64,000 nt of DNA from a virus, in IMG/VR virus record IMGVR_UViG_3300007504_000003, positions 1 through 64,000 of that record; one strand, 5' to 3'. This document shows positions 27,337 through 36,683 of this stretch, piece after piece (within the stretch, counting starts at the first letter, position 1; every line of letters begins with the position of its first letter). The notes under the pieces were generated by a model. That model worked only from the letters and a program-made list of their open reading frames with translations, made no database searches and was not told the DNA's origin. The translations under genes were made by a program, and so were the position numbers.

Positions 27337-27993
27337 ATGAAGGTACTCGGATTGGACCCGTCCCTTACGGGATTTGGGTGGGCGATTCACGACACGGCGG
27401 CCACCGGGAAAGCTCGGTGTGCCGCCCGCGGCCGGTTCGCTACCACCCCTCGGCAACTCTTCATCTCCCGCTATATGCAGCAGCGGGAGCGGCTCCGTGC
27501 TCTGCTTCAACAGCAGCATCACGATAAAGTCGCCTTAGAGTTTCCGATCTTCAATGACCTGTACTCTGAGGGGATGTACGGGCTCTTTCTCTTCACCTGC
27601 GAAGCTCTTTACGAGGAGAAGCAGGACGTCGTCTTCTTCGCCAACGGGCAGATCAAGTCACACGCGGCTGAGTCTCTGGGTCGCCCGAAGGGCTGGAAGA
27701 TGGGCAAGTCGGACATGATCGAGGCCGCCCAGGTAGACACCGGGGATCATCGGGCGTGGAACCACAATGAGGCTGACGGCTACCTGTGTGCTGTTCTGGG
27801 AGCCCGGTTCTGGTCCCTTCAAGCCGGGGCCATCGAAGCTGGTGACTTGACCGCGGTGGAGAAGAGAACCTTCACCCTCATCCACAAATTTCAGCGGGGT
27901 AAGCGGGCCGGGCAATCCCAGGTTCGTGGGATCCTGCACCGGGAAGACGAGCGGTTTTTCCGTTGGAGCAAACGAGATGGCGAGATCGGCTAA
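27337..27993 (+). CDS. ruvC: RuvC-like Holliday junction resolvase
   Basis: VLGLDPSLTGFGWA, VALEFP, KSDM and NEADG. Confidence 0.85.
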   Translation: MKVLGLDPSLTGFGWAIHDTAATGKARCAARGRFATTPRQLFISRYMQQRERLRALLQQQHHDKVALEFPIFNDLYSEGMYGLFLFTCEALYEEKQDVVFFANGQIKSHAAESLGRPKGWKMGKSDMIEAAQVDTGDHRAWNHNEADGYLCAVLGARFWSLQAGAIEAGDLTAVEKRTFTLIHKFQRGKRAGQSQVRGILHREDERFFRWSKRDGEIG

Positions 27994-29164
27994 GAAGAAA
28001 GGCCCCGTGAGCGCGCTGGCGGCCACCCGGGCGAATCTGTCGAAGATCTTCAAGGATTCGACCGAGTACCACACCGAACTTGATATGAATCGGCTGAAGG
28101 AGTCGCTCCCCCACATCCCTACGGGGAGCCTCGCGATGGATTGGCTGATCGGGGGCCAGCCCAACACCTTCGGGGTTCCTCCTTGCCCCGGGATTCCCAG
28201 GGGGAAGATCATCCAGCTCTGGGGGCATGAGGCGGCCGGGAAGACGACCTTTGCTTTGACCGTCGCTGCTTCGACCTGTGCTGGGGGTGGTTCCGTCCTC
28301 TACCTGGATTGGGAGCACGCGGTTGATGTGGGGTACGCGAGCATCCTCGGGGTTCCGGTCACGGACCCGGACAAGTTCATGCTCTCTCAGCCCAATACGA
28401 TGGAGGACGGACTGAGAATCATGTGGGTCGCCGTCTCTTCCGGCGTGGACCTCGTCGTGGTGGACTCCGTGGGTGCTGCGGTCCCCGAGGCGGAAGCTCA
28501 GAAGAGCACGAAGGAAGTCGCGGATACGGGTCAGGTTGGCCGGGTCGCCCGGGTCTGGAGCAGCTACCTGAGGAAGTTGCAGGCCCGGATCACCCGGACG
28601 GGGACCGCGGTGATCGGGATCTCTCAGGTCCGCTCAAAGATCTCGACGGGAGGGAAGTCCTACGGACCCCAGGAGACCATCCAGGGTGGTAACGCCTGGA
28701 AGTTCTGGGCCTCTGTCCGCATCAGCCTCAGGAAGGTCCAGAAGAAGACGGCGAAGGTCTACTCCACTTTCCGCCACAAGGTCGATGAGGTCGTGATCGG
28801 GAATCGGGTCAAGGCGAAGCTGGTCAAGTGCAAGGTCTCACCCAACCAGGGGCATGAGATTGAATTCGTCATCCGGCAGGGCTACGGGATCGACGATGTG
28901 GCGACTGCGATGGAGATCGCGACGGCTCACGGGATCATCAAGAAGTCTTCTTCCTGGCTCACCTGGAACCGCCCCAACGAGGACCCCCTGAAGTTTCAGG
29001 GGGAAGAGAAGATGCGGAAGGAGATTCTGGAACGGAATCTCATGGCTGAGTTGTATGGGCAGGTGAGGCCCTTCCTCTCTCAAGAAGCCCCGGAGGGTGA
29101 GGAGGAAGAAGAGTTCGTCGATCCCGTGGTGGACGAGCTGGATGCACTCCTGGGAGACGTCTGA
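27977..29164 (+). CDS. recA: RecA recombinase
   Basis: IPTGSLAMD, WGHEAAGKTT, DWEHAVD, VVVDSVGA, ISQVR and GGNAWKFWASVRI. Confidence 0.95.
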   Translation: MARSAKKKGPVSALAATRANLSKIFKDSTEYHTELDMNRLKESLPHIPTGSLAMDWLIGGQPNTFGVPPCPGIPRGKIIQLWGHEAAGKTTFALTVAASTCAGGGSVLYLDWEHAVDVGYASILGVPVTDPDKFMLSQPNTMEDGLRIMWVAVSSGVDLVVVDSVGAAVPEAEAQKSTKEVADTGQVGRVARVWSSYLRKLQARITRTGTAVIGISQVRSKISTGGKSYGPQETIQGGNAWKFWASVRISLRKVQKKTAKVYSTFRHKVDEVVIGNRVKAKLVKCKVSPNQGHEIEFVIRQGYGIDDVATAMEIATAHGIIKKSSSWLTWNRPNEDPLKFQGEEKMRKEILERNLMAELYGQVRPFLSQEAPEGEEEEEFVDPVVDELDALLGDV

Positions 29165-29167
29165 TCG

Positions 29168-30385
29168 ATGGCTTTTACCGTCCACATCGAGAATTTCCAG
29201 TCGATCAAGTCTGCGACTCTCCGTGTGGACGGGTTCACGGTGCTCTGCGGCCGGAACAATTCTGGCAAGACCGCAGTGATGCGAGCTATCCGGGGAGTCT
29301 TCACCAACCCCCCGGCTGGTGCCCTGATTCGCCATGGGGAATCCGAGTTGTCGGTGGAGATTCGCTTTGACGACGGTCAGTGGGTCCGGTGGGAGAAGAA
29401 CGTCAAGGGCAAGGCCAAGTATACGGTCAACGGAGTGGTCCTCCAGAACGTAGGTCGGACAACTCCACCTGAGGTTTTGGCTCTTGGGATCCGGCCGGTG
29501 TCAGCCGGCGGGGTCAAGGTATGGCCTCAATTCGCTCAGCAATTCACGGGTCAGGTCTTCCTGTTGAAGATGCCTGGGTCTGCTCTGGCGGAAGCCATCT
29601 CGGATGTGACTCGGGTTGGTCGCTTGAACAAAGCCCTGAAATCATCGCAGAGCGATCATCGGGCTGCTCAGCAGGTTCTCACTCTCCGCAGAGGCGACCT
29701 GGAAAAGACGCAACAGGCCCTCAAGAAGTTTGAGGGCCTGGATGACTTGGGCTCTACCCTCGTCGCCTTGAAAAGGCGAGAGGAGGAAGTGGCCTCTCTA
29801 CGAAAGAGGATTTCCAGCCTGGAAGCCTTGAACAGCATTCGGTCTCAGTACCTTCAGGTGGTGGATTCTCTCCAGGGACTCCAAGAGGTCTCTCTTCCCT
29901 CCGTGGAATCGCTCAGAGTAGCTCGTGAGGCGGTGGCCTCTCTCAAAACTCACCGTCGTCTGAGCACCCAGAGGAGGACGGCTTGTGCTGCCGTGGAGAG
30001 CCTGCGGCAGGCTCCTCTTTCTGGAGTCCCGACGGCTACACGGGTCGGGGATCTCTCTGCGAGAGTCGTGGAGCTGCGTGAGTGGAAAGATCTTCGGGCA
30101 CGTCAGCGTCTCCTACAAGAGCAGGTCGAGCATCTCGGGAATCTCCCCGGGGATCAGGTGGAGGGGCTCCGGGAGGGTCAGATCGCCGCTCTGAAAGCTC
30201 TCAAAGCCCTGGCCCAGCTCCAGGGACTCGCCCGGTCGAGGCAGCAAGCGAGACTTGCTGTGGAGCGATTGGAGGGGAGTCTTTCAGACTCCCGGCAGGA
30301 ATTGGAGTTCTGGGAGTCCAACGTGCATGAGCTGTTAGACTCCAGGGGAGATTGTCCCTTGTGTGGGCAGGAGGTGGCTTCGTGA
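29168..30385 (+). CDS. SbcC/Rad50-like ATPase, N-terminal half ending at the zinc hook
   Basis: IENFQS, GRNNSGKT, QFAQQF and coiled coil, ending CPLCGQEVAS*; no signature or Walker B motif. Confidence 0.85.
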   Translation: MAFTVHIENFQSIKSATLRVDGFTVLCGRNNSGKTAVMRAIRGVFTNPPAGALIRHGESELSVEIRFDDGQWVRWEKNVKGKAKYTVNGVVLQNVGRTTPPEVLALGIRPVSAGGVKVWPQFAQQFTGQVFLLKMPGSALAEAISDVTRVGRLNKALKSSQSDHRAAQQVLTLRRGDLEKTQQALKKFEGLDDLGSTLVALKRREEEVASLRKRISSLEALNSIRSQYLQVVDSLQGLQEVSLPSVESLRVAREAVASLKTHRRLSTQRRTACAAVESLRQAPLSGVPTATRVGDLSARVVELREWKDLRARQRLLQEQVEHLGNLPGDQVEGLREGQIAALKALKALAQLQGLARSRQQARLAVERLEGSLSDSRQELEFWESNVHELLDSRGDCPLCGQEVAS

Positions 30386-31344
30386 TTCGTCTTGTGACCA
30401 GGACCGACGTTCATCTCTCGGACAAGGGTCCTCAGAGCAGGACGGACGATTGGGCTTCAGCGGTGTTGGACAAGCTGAAGCAGGTGGGTCTGGTTGCCGA
30501 GAAGGTCGGGGCTTCCGCGGTTCTCGATAACGGGGACTTCTTCCACATTAAGAGCCCCCAGAGGAACAGCCATGATTTGATTCGCCGCGTCGCGGATCTC
30601 CATGCGAAGTACCCGTGTCCGGTCTATGCCAACGTGGGTAATCACGACTGCGTTTACGGGGACATTCGTTACCTGGACAAGCAACCATTGGGGGTCTTGT
30701 TTAGCACGGGGGTCTTCCAACGCTGCTATGACGAGTATGAGGCTGTTTTCGAGAAGGATGGGGTGAAGGTCCGGGTGGTGGGCATTCCCTACCACGGGAC
30801 GGAGTATCAGATGGAGCGGTTTGTCCAGCTCCGTAAGGGTGATGAAAACCATCTCATCGTGATGGCTCATGTCCTCGCCAGCCCCCAGGGCGGGTCGATG
30901 TTTGAGGGGGAGGATATCGTCCGCTACCAGGACTTAGCCGATCTGGACCCTGACGTGTGGGTGTTCGGTCATTGGCATAAGGACCAGGGTGTCGTTCGGG
31001 TGGGGGAGAAGCTGGTCGTGAATATCGGGTCTCTGACCCGTGGTTCACTCTCCCAGGATGATCTCAATCGGAAGCCGGCGTGTTCTGTCCTGACTTGTTT
31101 GGAGGATAGGGTAGAGGTCAGCGTGGTCCGGCTGCGTGTGGCTCCCTCCGCCCAGGTCTTCGATCTGGAGAAGAAGTTTCGGGGGGAGGTCCGGGACATG
31201 ACGGTCTCTGGATTTGTTGAGGCTCTCCAGAAGACCGTGATCGAGGACCAGGGCACTCCTCTGGAGGATTTGATCCGTCAGAGTCAAGGCGTGCCCGAGT
31301 TAATTCGGGAGCGGGCCCTGTCTTACTTGGAGCGGGTGGGGTAG
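30382..31344 (+). CDS. sbcD: SbcD/Mre11-like metallophosphoesterase nuclease
   Basis: TDVH, NGDFFH, GNHD and GHWH motifs; GTG overlaps the upstream TGA. Confidence 0.88.
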   Translation: MIRLVTRTDVHLSDKGPQSRTDDWASAVLDKLKQVGLVAEKVGASAVLDNGDFFHIKSPQRNSHDLIRRVADLHAKYPCPVYANVGNHDCVYGDIRYLDKQPLGVLFSTGVFQRCYDEYEAVFEKDGVKVRVVGIPYHGTEYQMERFVQLRKGDENHLIVMAHVLASPQGGSMFEGEDIVRYQDLADLDPDVWVFGHWHKDQGVVRVGEKLVVNIGSLTRGSLSQDDLNRKPACSVLTCLEDRVEVSVVRLRVAPSAQVFDLEKKFRGEVRDMTVSGFVEALQKTVIEDQGTPLEDLIRQSQGVPELIRERALSYLERVG

Positions 31345-31388
31345 GATGAGAGCACAGGAGGTGGAAGAAACCTCCTCTGGAGCCACTC

Positions 31389-31778
31389 ATGCGGACTCTT
31401 GCCCTTGCCCTACTGATCTCGGGTTGTGCATCCAACCGGATGATAATCCGAGACACCAACGTCTATCAGTCCGAGATCAACTGGTTCGCGGTGGCTGTTC
31501 AGGACAGCGCGGCAGCGTTGGAGGCCGCCGCTGCCTCTGCTCTTGCTTCGGGTGACCAGGATTCATGCTTGGAGTACGCGGAGTTGTCTCTGGTGCTTTC
31601 TGTTCGCGGGACCTACCACACACAGCAGGCGCTTTTCCTAGCGGAGCTGGAGGAGGATCCCGGTGATCCTCCAGAGGTCCCCGCAGCGGACACGTTGTGT
31701 CCTGCCTCGGAGGAGGCGGAAGAGAAAGAGGAAGAGGAAGTTCTGGAAGTTCTTCCAGAAGACGTAGCCCCGGAGTAA
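31389..31778 (+). CDS. Putative lipoprotein
   Basis: Signal peptide MRTLALALLISG|C with lipobox; acidic tail. Confidence 0.65.
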   Translation: MRTLALALLISGCASNRMIIRDTNVYQSEINWFAVAVQDSAAALEAAAASALASGDQDSCLEYAELSLVLSVRGTYHTQQALFLAELEEDPGDPPEVPAADTLCPASEEAEEKEEEEVLEVLPEDVAPE

Positions 31779-31782
31779 GCCC

Positions 31783-32151
31783 ATGTCAGCCAATTCAGAT
31801 TTGATCGCTCAACTCGCCAAGATGGGCGTCACCGACGCCGTCGGCAAGTTGGGCAACCTCGCCCCCAGCAGTTTGCTAGAGGAAACTGCTCTGGGGACTC
31901 TGACAGACATGCTCGGGACTCATGGAGCCGCAGGGCTCCAGATGAGCCTGAATATGGTGACCAAGTTGGGAGCCGGTGAAGCTCTCAGCCAGGAGGAGAT
32001 TCGGGCGATCGGGCTCATGACTTCTTCGGATCTGGTCGCTGCGATGGAGCAGGCGGAGCAGACAGAGAAGACGGCTGCGGTCGAGTTCCTCACGAAGGTC
32101 GGTAGAGTGCTAGGCCCCATCCTAGCGGGGCTTATCAGCACCCTTATCTGA
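31783..32151 (+). CDS. Hypothetical protein with hydrophobic/amphipathic C-terminus
   Basis: Ends VGRVLGPILAGLISTLI. Confidence 0.6.
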   Translation: MSANSDLIAQLAKMGVTDAVGKLGNLAPSSLLEETALGTLTDMLGTHGAAGLQMSLNMVTKLGAGEALSQEEIRAIGLMTSSDLVAAMEQAEQTEKTAAVEFLTKVGRVLGPILAGLISTLI

Positions 32152-32161
32152 CCGAGTCCAC

Positions 32162-33118
32162 ATGCCCCCGAAGAAGGAATTCACTCTCTATTGGAGCAGT
32201 TTGCTCAAGTATGAAGAGTGTCCCCGGAAGTTTCTCTGGTACCGGGGTTGGGGCGATATCGACCTGGGCAGGGGTCCCGGTCGGGGGAAGGAAATCCCGG
32301 AGAAGAAGAGCGAACACCACGCCGTGATGGGCATCGTCCTGGCGGACATGTGCGAGTATTTCTACAACGATGAGGAGTACAAGAACCCGGAGGGGCTCCT
32401 CCGCCGCCTGGAGACGAAGTGCCGGGCGAGCTTCAACCGGAATCTACGGCGGAAGTATATCGACTGGCGATCGGCTCCGACCCGGGATGAGATGTGGGAG
32501 GTGATCTGGTCTGGGGTGGAAGGCTTCATCCGGACGGTGAAGCAGAATCGTCTCCTGGGTGTGTACTCCAGATCGGAGGTTGACCTCCTGGGGTACGTCA
32601 ACAAATACACCCCGATTGGTGGGCGGGCCGATATCATCATTCGCCGTGAGGACACCGGGATCACGATTCTGGATGGCAAGAACAGCAAGAGCAAGGGGAA
32701 GTACACGGACCCGGACCAGCTACGCTGGTATGCCCTCTGTCATTACCTCTTGTACAATAAGCTGCCGGATCGCCTGGGCTTTGTGTACTTCCGTTACCCC
32801 GCAGGGGCCCCTGTTCTGGATAAGGACGGGAACGACACGGGCGAGGTGGAGACCGGGGTGGACTGGATCCCGTTCACTCGGGAAGACATTCAGGGGTTGG
32901 CGATTCGGGCTATCGAGGCCCGGAAGGGGATGGACAAGAAGAAGTTCCCGGCGACGCCGAAGCCGAAGGTCTGCCGGTGGTGCGAGTTTGAGCCCGTATG
33001 TACTCCCCGGTTGGAGCAGCGGGCCGCAAATTCGGCTAAGCGTCGTAAGAATTCTCTGAAGTCGTCGGAGGAGTTTTTCGGGACCCTGGATGGGGTTGTG
33101 GACCTCTCCTTCAAATGA
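32162..33118 (+). CDS. PD-(D/E)xK nuclease, Cas4/RecB-like, with Cys cluster
   Basis: YEECPRKF, GRADII, ILDGKNS, QLRWYA and CRWCEFEPVC. Confidence 0.85.
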   Translation: MPPKKEFTLYWSSLLKYEECPRKFLWYRGWGDIDLGRGPGRGKEIPEKKSEHHAVMGIVLADMCEYFYNDEEYKNPEGLLRRLETKCRASFNRNLRRKYIDWRSAPTRDEMWEVIWSGVEGFIRTVKQNRLLGVYSRSEVDLLGYVNKYTPIGGRADIIIRREDTGITILDGKNSKSKGKYTDPDQLRWYALCHYLLYNKLPDRLGFVYFRYPAGAPVLDKDGNDTGEVETGVDWIPFTREDIQGLAIRAIEARKGMDKKKFPATPKPKVCRWCEFEPVCTPRLEQRAANSAKRRKNSLKSSEEFFGTLDGVVDLSFK

Positions 33119-33128
33119 GAGGTGCCTT

Positions 33129-33593
33129 GTGGCGAAAAAGTCCCCCAGGAAAATGACTGAGGCGGAAATTCGCAAGCTTTCGGATCATGGGCTCCTCCGG
33201 TTCCGGGCGGCGGTGTTGGACGCTAAGCAACGCCTGGAGGAGCGATTCCTGGCTCAAGAGCCCTACCAAGCGGCTCGTATGCCTGACGGGACCGATAGGC
33301 GACGGGGCTTGAATCAGCGGTATGACCCCAGCGGCAATCGCCTGATGAGAGATATCACGGGTGAGGCTGATCTTTCCGAGCACAAGCGTCTTACCTTCCT
33401 GGCTTACGCGACGGATCGTGAGGCTCGTCGTCGGCGGATTGGGAAATGGCAGCGTTGGGAACCCAACCTTCAGGTAGACGACCCTTCTTCCGTGACTCCT
33501 TCTGACACACCGGGGGCTCACTGTCCTCTGCGGAGTCAGAGGGAGGGGTCCAGGTCCGGCCGCAGGGGCTATAAGAACCGCCACAGCAGATAG
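33129..33593 (+). CDS. Hypothetical basic protein
   Basis: GTG 33129 after GAGG. Confidence 0.5.
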   Translation: MAKKSPRKMTEAEIRKLSDHGLLRFRAAVLDAKQRLEERFLAQEPYQAARMPDGTDRRRGLNQRYDPSGNRLMRDITGEADLSEHKRLTFLAYATDREARRRRIGKWQRWEPNLQVDDPSSVTPSDTPGAHCPLRSQREGSRSGRRGYKNRHSR

Positions 33594-33644
33594 ACCGAAA
33601 GGTCAGCGGCGGTCGTATAGGGGGGAGCAGGAGGTGTTTACACC

Positions 33645-33914
33645 ATGTCCGGTCTTGACACTCGGATTCAGGAAGCTGTCCAGAAACGAGAACAGCTCGC
33701 GAAAGAAGTTCAACGCCTCTCTGGGCGGAGAGAAGAGGCTGAGGCTCGTCTCCGCCAGATAGACGATAGGTGTCGGGAGCAAGGTCTCGATCCTGCCCAT
33801 CTGGACGCCACGATTCTGGAGTTGGAGACGCGGTGCTCCGAGCTGGTACTGGCTTTGGAGCGAGACCTCCAGACCGCCGCCCACACCCTCGCCCCGTATT
33901 TGGAGAATGGATGA
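33645..33914 (+). CDS. Short coiled-coil protein
   Basis: 89 aa of heptads; AGGAGG upstream; coupled to dnaN. Confidence 0.7.
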   Translation: MSGLDTRIQEAVQKREQLAKEVQRLSGRREEAEARLRQIDDRCREQGLDPAHLDATILELETRCSELVLALERDLQTAAHTLAPYLENG

Positions 33915-35035
33915 AGATTCGAGCTGCCCAGAAAGATCTTGAGCAGGCCCTCAAGACCGCGTCTGTTGCACTCGCCAAGAAGGGCGGGTTGGAGTCTCAC
34001 TTTGTGGTCCGTCTGAAGGACGACAAGGTGGCGGTCCTGACGCACAACCAGCAGGTGCTCGCCTCCGCTCCTCTGGTCTGCGAAGTGACCGGTAAGGAAG
34101 GGGCTTTCACGGTGGAGGGCTGGCGTCTCCTCCGGTGGGTCTCCGGTGTGGGGGACGTTGCTCTCACCCTGGAGAGCAAGGGTTCGATCGTGACGGGGAC
34201 GTCCCCCTCCGGGAGTGTCCGCTGGCCCAGCCTGGATCCGGTCACTTTTCCTTATTGGGATAAAGGCTTCGCGAAGTCTTCCACCCAGGTGACGGTGAAG
34301 GCTGTGCGTCTCCGCGCTGCCCTCGACCACACCCGGGATTTCATCTTCCCTCATGAGTCTCAGGCTCCTCACCTCGCCCTTACGGAGGTTCAGGAGGGGG
34401 TCTTGAAGTCGATGGATCTTCGGGCCTTTGCGATGGTGGAGTCCGACGTCCTGAAGGGGTCCACTCTGAAGATTCACCTGGATCAGGTGGGTCCGGTCAT
34501 GTCCTACCTCGCCAGCCTGGGAGATGGTGACGTCGATCTGCGGCTGGCTGGGGGGACTCTCTTTTTCTCGGGATCAGATGGGTCCGTGTTCGGTCTCGCG
34601 TTGCCGCTGGCGGAGTTCCCTGAGATCGACGTGGACAAGGAGGATGAGCCCGATTGCGTGGTCTCCTTCCGGACGGAAGATCTTCGCCGTGTCCTGGTCA
34701 TCCTCTCGACGTCGGCGGATAAGGACAACCAGAAGGTTCGATTCCTCTGGGATCCGGAGGAGGAGAGGGCTTCCCTCTCTATGGAGAGCTTGGCAGGCAG
34801 CAGCGACTCGGTCCCGGTCCCGGCGGTCTCTGTAGAGAAGATCGAGGCGTTCCCTGATGGAGGCTTTCAGTTCTCTGTCCCGCACCTGAAGAAGATGCTG
34901 GACAAGAACCCGGAGGAGGTCATTCGGTTTGACCTCATCAAGAAGGTCAACAAGAAGGGCCAGCAGACGGGGCTCGTGCGCTTTTGCTGGGAAGCCCACG
35001 GGGACACCTACTTGACGGCTATTCAGTGGCTCTGA
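33911..35035 (+). CDS. dnaN: DNA polymerase III beta sliding clamp
   Basis: About 374 aa, three-domain pattern: MKIRAAQKDLEQAL...FTVEGWRL...FPYWDK...AEFPEID. Confidence 0.8.
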   Translation: MKIRAAQKDLEQALKTASVALAKKGGLESHFVVRLKDDKVAVLTHNQQVLASAPLVCEVTGKEGAFTVEGWRLLRWVSGVGDVALTLESKGSIVTGTSPSGSVRWPSLDPVTFPYWDKGFAKSSTQVTVKAVRLRAALDHTRDFIFPHESQAPHLALTEVQEGVLKSMDLRAFAMVESDVLKGSTLKIHLDQVGPVMSYLASLGDGDVDLRLAGGTLFFSGSDGSVFGLALPLAEFPEIDVDKEDEPDCVVSFRTEDLRRVLVILSTSADKDNQKVRFLWDPEEERASLSMESLAGSSDSVPVPAVSVEKIEAFPDGGFQFSVPHLKKMLDKNPEEVIRFDLIKKVNKKGQQTGLVRFCWEAHGDTYLTAIQWL

Positions 35036-35658
35036 CGGCTTCTGAGCTGCTCCAGGGTTACTCTCAGGCTGTGGGCCTGAGAGAGAGCCTTCGGCGCACT
35101 GAAGCTGCCTATCTTGGAGAGATTCAAGGTCTCGCGGCGGAGACAGAAATTCTGGATCTGGTCGCTCGTCTCTTCCAGAAGTTGATCGATCGCGAGGTCA
35201 CCGCTAGCGTCACGGCGGTGGAGCGACTCCAGGTGGAGGGGCTCCAGCGGATCTTCACGGATCAAGACATTGAGGTCAAGTCCACCGTAGAGGTCCAGCG
35301 AGGGAAGGTGTCGGTGTCGCTGACGACCATCCAGCACCTTGATAAGGACAACAGCATTGAAGGAGCCTCAGACGCCGCGTTTGGGGGGTCCGTGACCACG
35401 GTGCAGTCGGTGATTCTGAGGATCACCGTCTTGTTTCGTCGAGGGATGCGTCCGGTCCTGTTTCTGGATGAGGCTCTGCCTGCGGTGGACACCACCTATG
35501 TGGTGAACACGGGTTATTTCCTCCGGGGGCTGTGTGCTCGCCTGGGCATGGACCTGCTGATGGTGACTCACCTGACTGCCCTGGAGGAGTCCGCGGATCG
35601 CAGCTACCGGATTACTAACCGAGGCGGGGTGGCCTCAGTTAGGGAGCAGCCCCGGTAG
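35026..35658 (+). CDS. SbcC/SMC ATPase C-terminal half
   Basis: Signature-like AFGGS, Walker B LFLDEA, D-loop AVD and H-loop LMVTH; no Walker A. Confidence 0.8.
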   Translation: MALTASELLQGYSQAVGLRESLRRTEAAYLGEIQGLAAETEILDLVARLFQKLIDREVTASVTAVERLQVEGLQRIFTDQDIEVKSTVEVQRGKVSVSLTTIQHLDKDNSIEGASDAAFGGSVTTVQSVILRITVLFRRGMRPVLFLDEALPAVDTTYVVNTGYFLRGLCARLGMDLLMVTHLTALEESADRSYRITNRGGVASVREQPR

Positions 35659-35659
35659 G

Positions 35660-36175
35660 GTGGGGACCGAGGAGACTATGCAGTCAGAAGGATCGATCAA
35701 GCAGAAGTTGAAGCAGGTGCGCTTTCGCCACCTGAAGCGGCTGATCGAGCTGAATCTTGCTCCTCGCCCGTGTAACTGCGAGTTCAACGAGTCCGTGGGT
35801 TCCCCATCCGGGGAACCTCTCGGGATCTGCATGAACCCTGTTGGGAAGTTCGCGGATCTCTACCAGATCTGCGATGAGAACCTCAAGCTGGACCTGTCAG
35901 GGTCCTGCGGCATGTTCTCACCGCGGAAATCCAAGGAGGAGATCAAGAAGGACTTCGTGAACTTCTTGGAGGCTGCGACGATGGATGAGATCGGCGCCTC
36001 TTACCCGGTCCTGGCTGCTCTCATGTGGGTCCTCAGTGACCCCCAGGCGGGATCAGCTCCGCCTGTTGCTGAGAGCGAGCAGAGAGCACCCGTGAGTCTC
36101 CCGGTCCCTCCCCCCCGTCCGGAAGCGCGGAAGCGTTCCTGGTGGCAACGTCTCTGGGGCGGCTGGGGTGGCTGA
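35660..36175 (+). CDS. Cys-rich hypothetical protein
   Basis: CNC...C...C...C pattern and terminal RSWWQRLWG. Confidence 0.6.
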   Translation: MGTEETMQSEGSIKQKLKQVRFRHLKRLIELNLAPRPCNCEFNESVGSPSGEPLGICMNPVGKFADLYQICDENLKLDLSGSCGMFSPRKSKEEIKKDFVNFLEAATMDEIGASYPVLAALMWVLSDPQAGSAPPVAESEQRAPVSLPVPPPRPEARKRSWWQRLWGGWGG

Positions 36176-36683
36176 TCTACTGCTAGTGAGGCCTTACCGG
36201 ATTCAGAGACGGAATGCTCTCTTCGCGGAGTTTGTGGTTGAGCCTGATCTGGCTCCTTTCCTGGTATCCTCAACTAGGGGCTTCCTTTGGGTGGATCGGG
36301 TCTCAACCAACCGGAGGATCCGAGCTGCTTTCCGACGCGATGTAGCTCGCGAGAATTACTACCGAGGCGTGGTCGCTGCGGTAATCACGGAGGGGGACCG
36401 GCGAGGATGGGGGAACGTCCATCCTCTCACATCAAAGGGACTTCAGGCCGCTATGGATCACCTGTCGTACTATGACCTCCTCCCGGTCGATGTGCTGGTG
36501 GGGGAGACTGTGGATCCTCGGGTCTGCGAGAACCAGGAACACACCAAGGTCTCCTGGTTGGGAGATGAGGTGGTGGTGGTACCTCGGGATCGAGCTTTTC
36601 TGGGGTTTCTTGGGGAAGACCCCAGCGGAATCAGCATCGTGGTGGTTCATAACGCTAGCCGTGGTATGGCGGTCCTACGGTGA
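36168..36683 (+). CDS. Hypothetical protein
   Basis: Coupled on both sides. Confidence 0.6.
   Translation: MADLLLVRPYRIQRRNALFAEFVVEPDLAPFLVSSTRGFLWVDRVSTNRRIRAAFRRDVARENYYRGVVAAVITEGDRRGWGNVHPLTSKGLQAAMDHLSYYDLLPVDVLVGETVDPRVCENQEHTKVSWLGDEVVVVPRDRAFLGFLGEDPSGISIVVVHNASRGMAVLR

Noticed and set aside
32162-33118. Cas4-like gene as evidence of a CRISPR-Cas system
   Set aside because: No repeat-spacer array or other cas genes in the window; solo Cas4/RecB-like nucleases are common in phage recombination modules.
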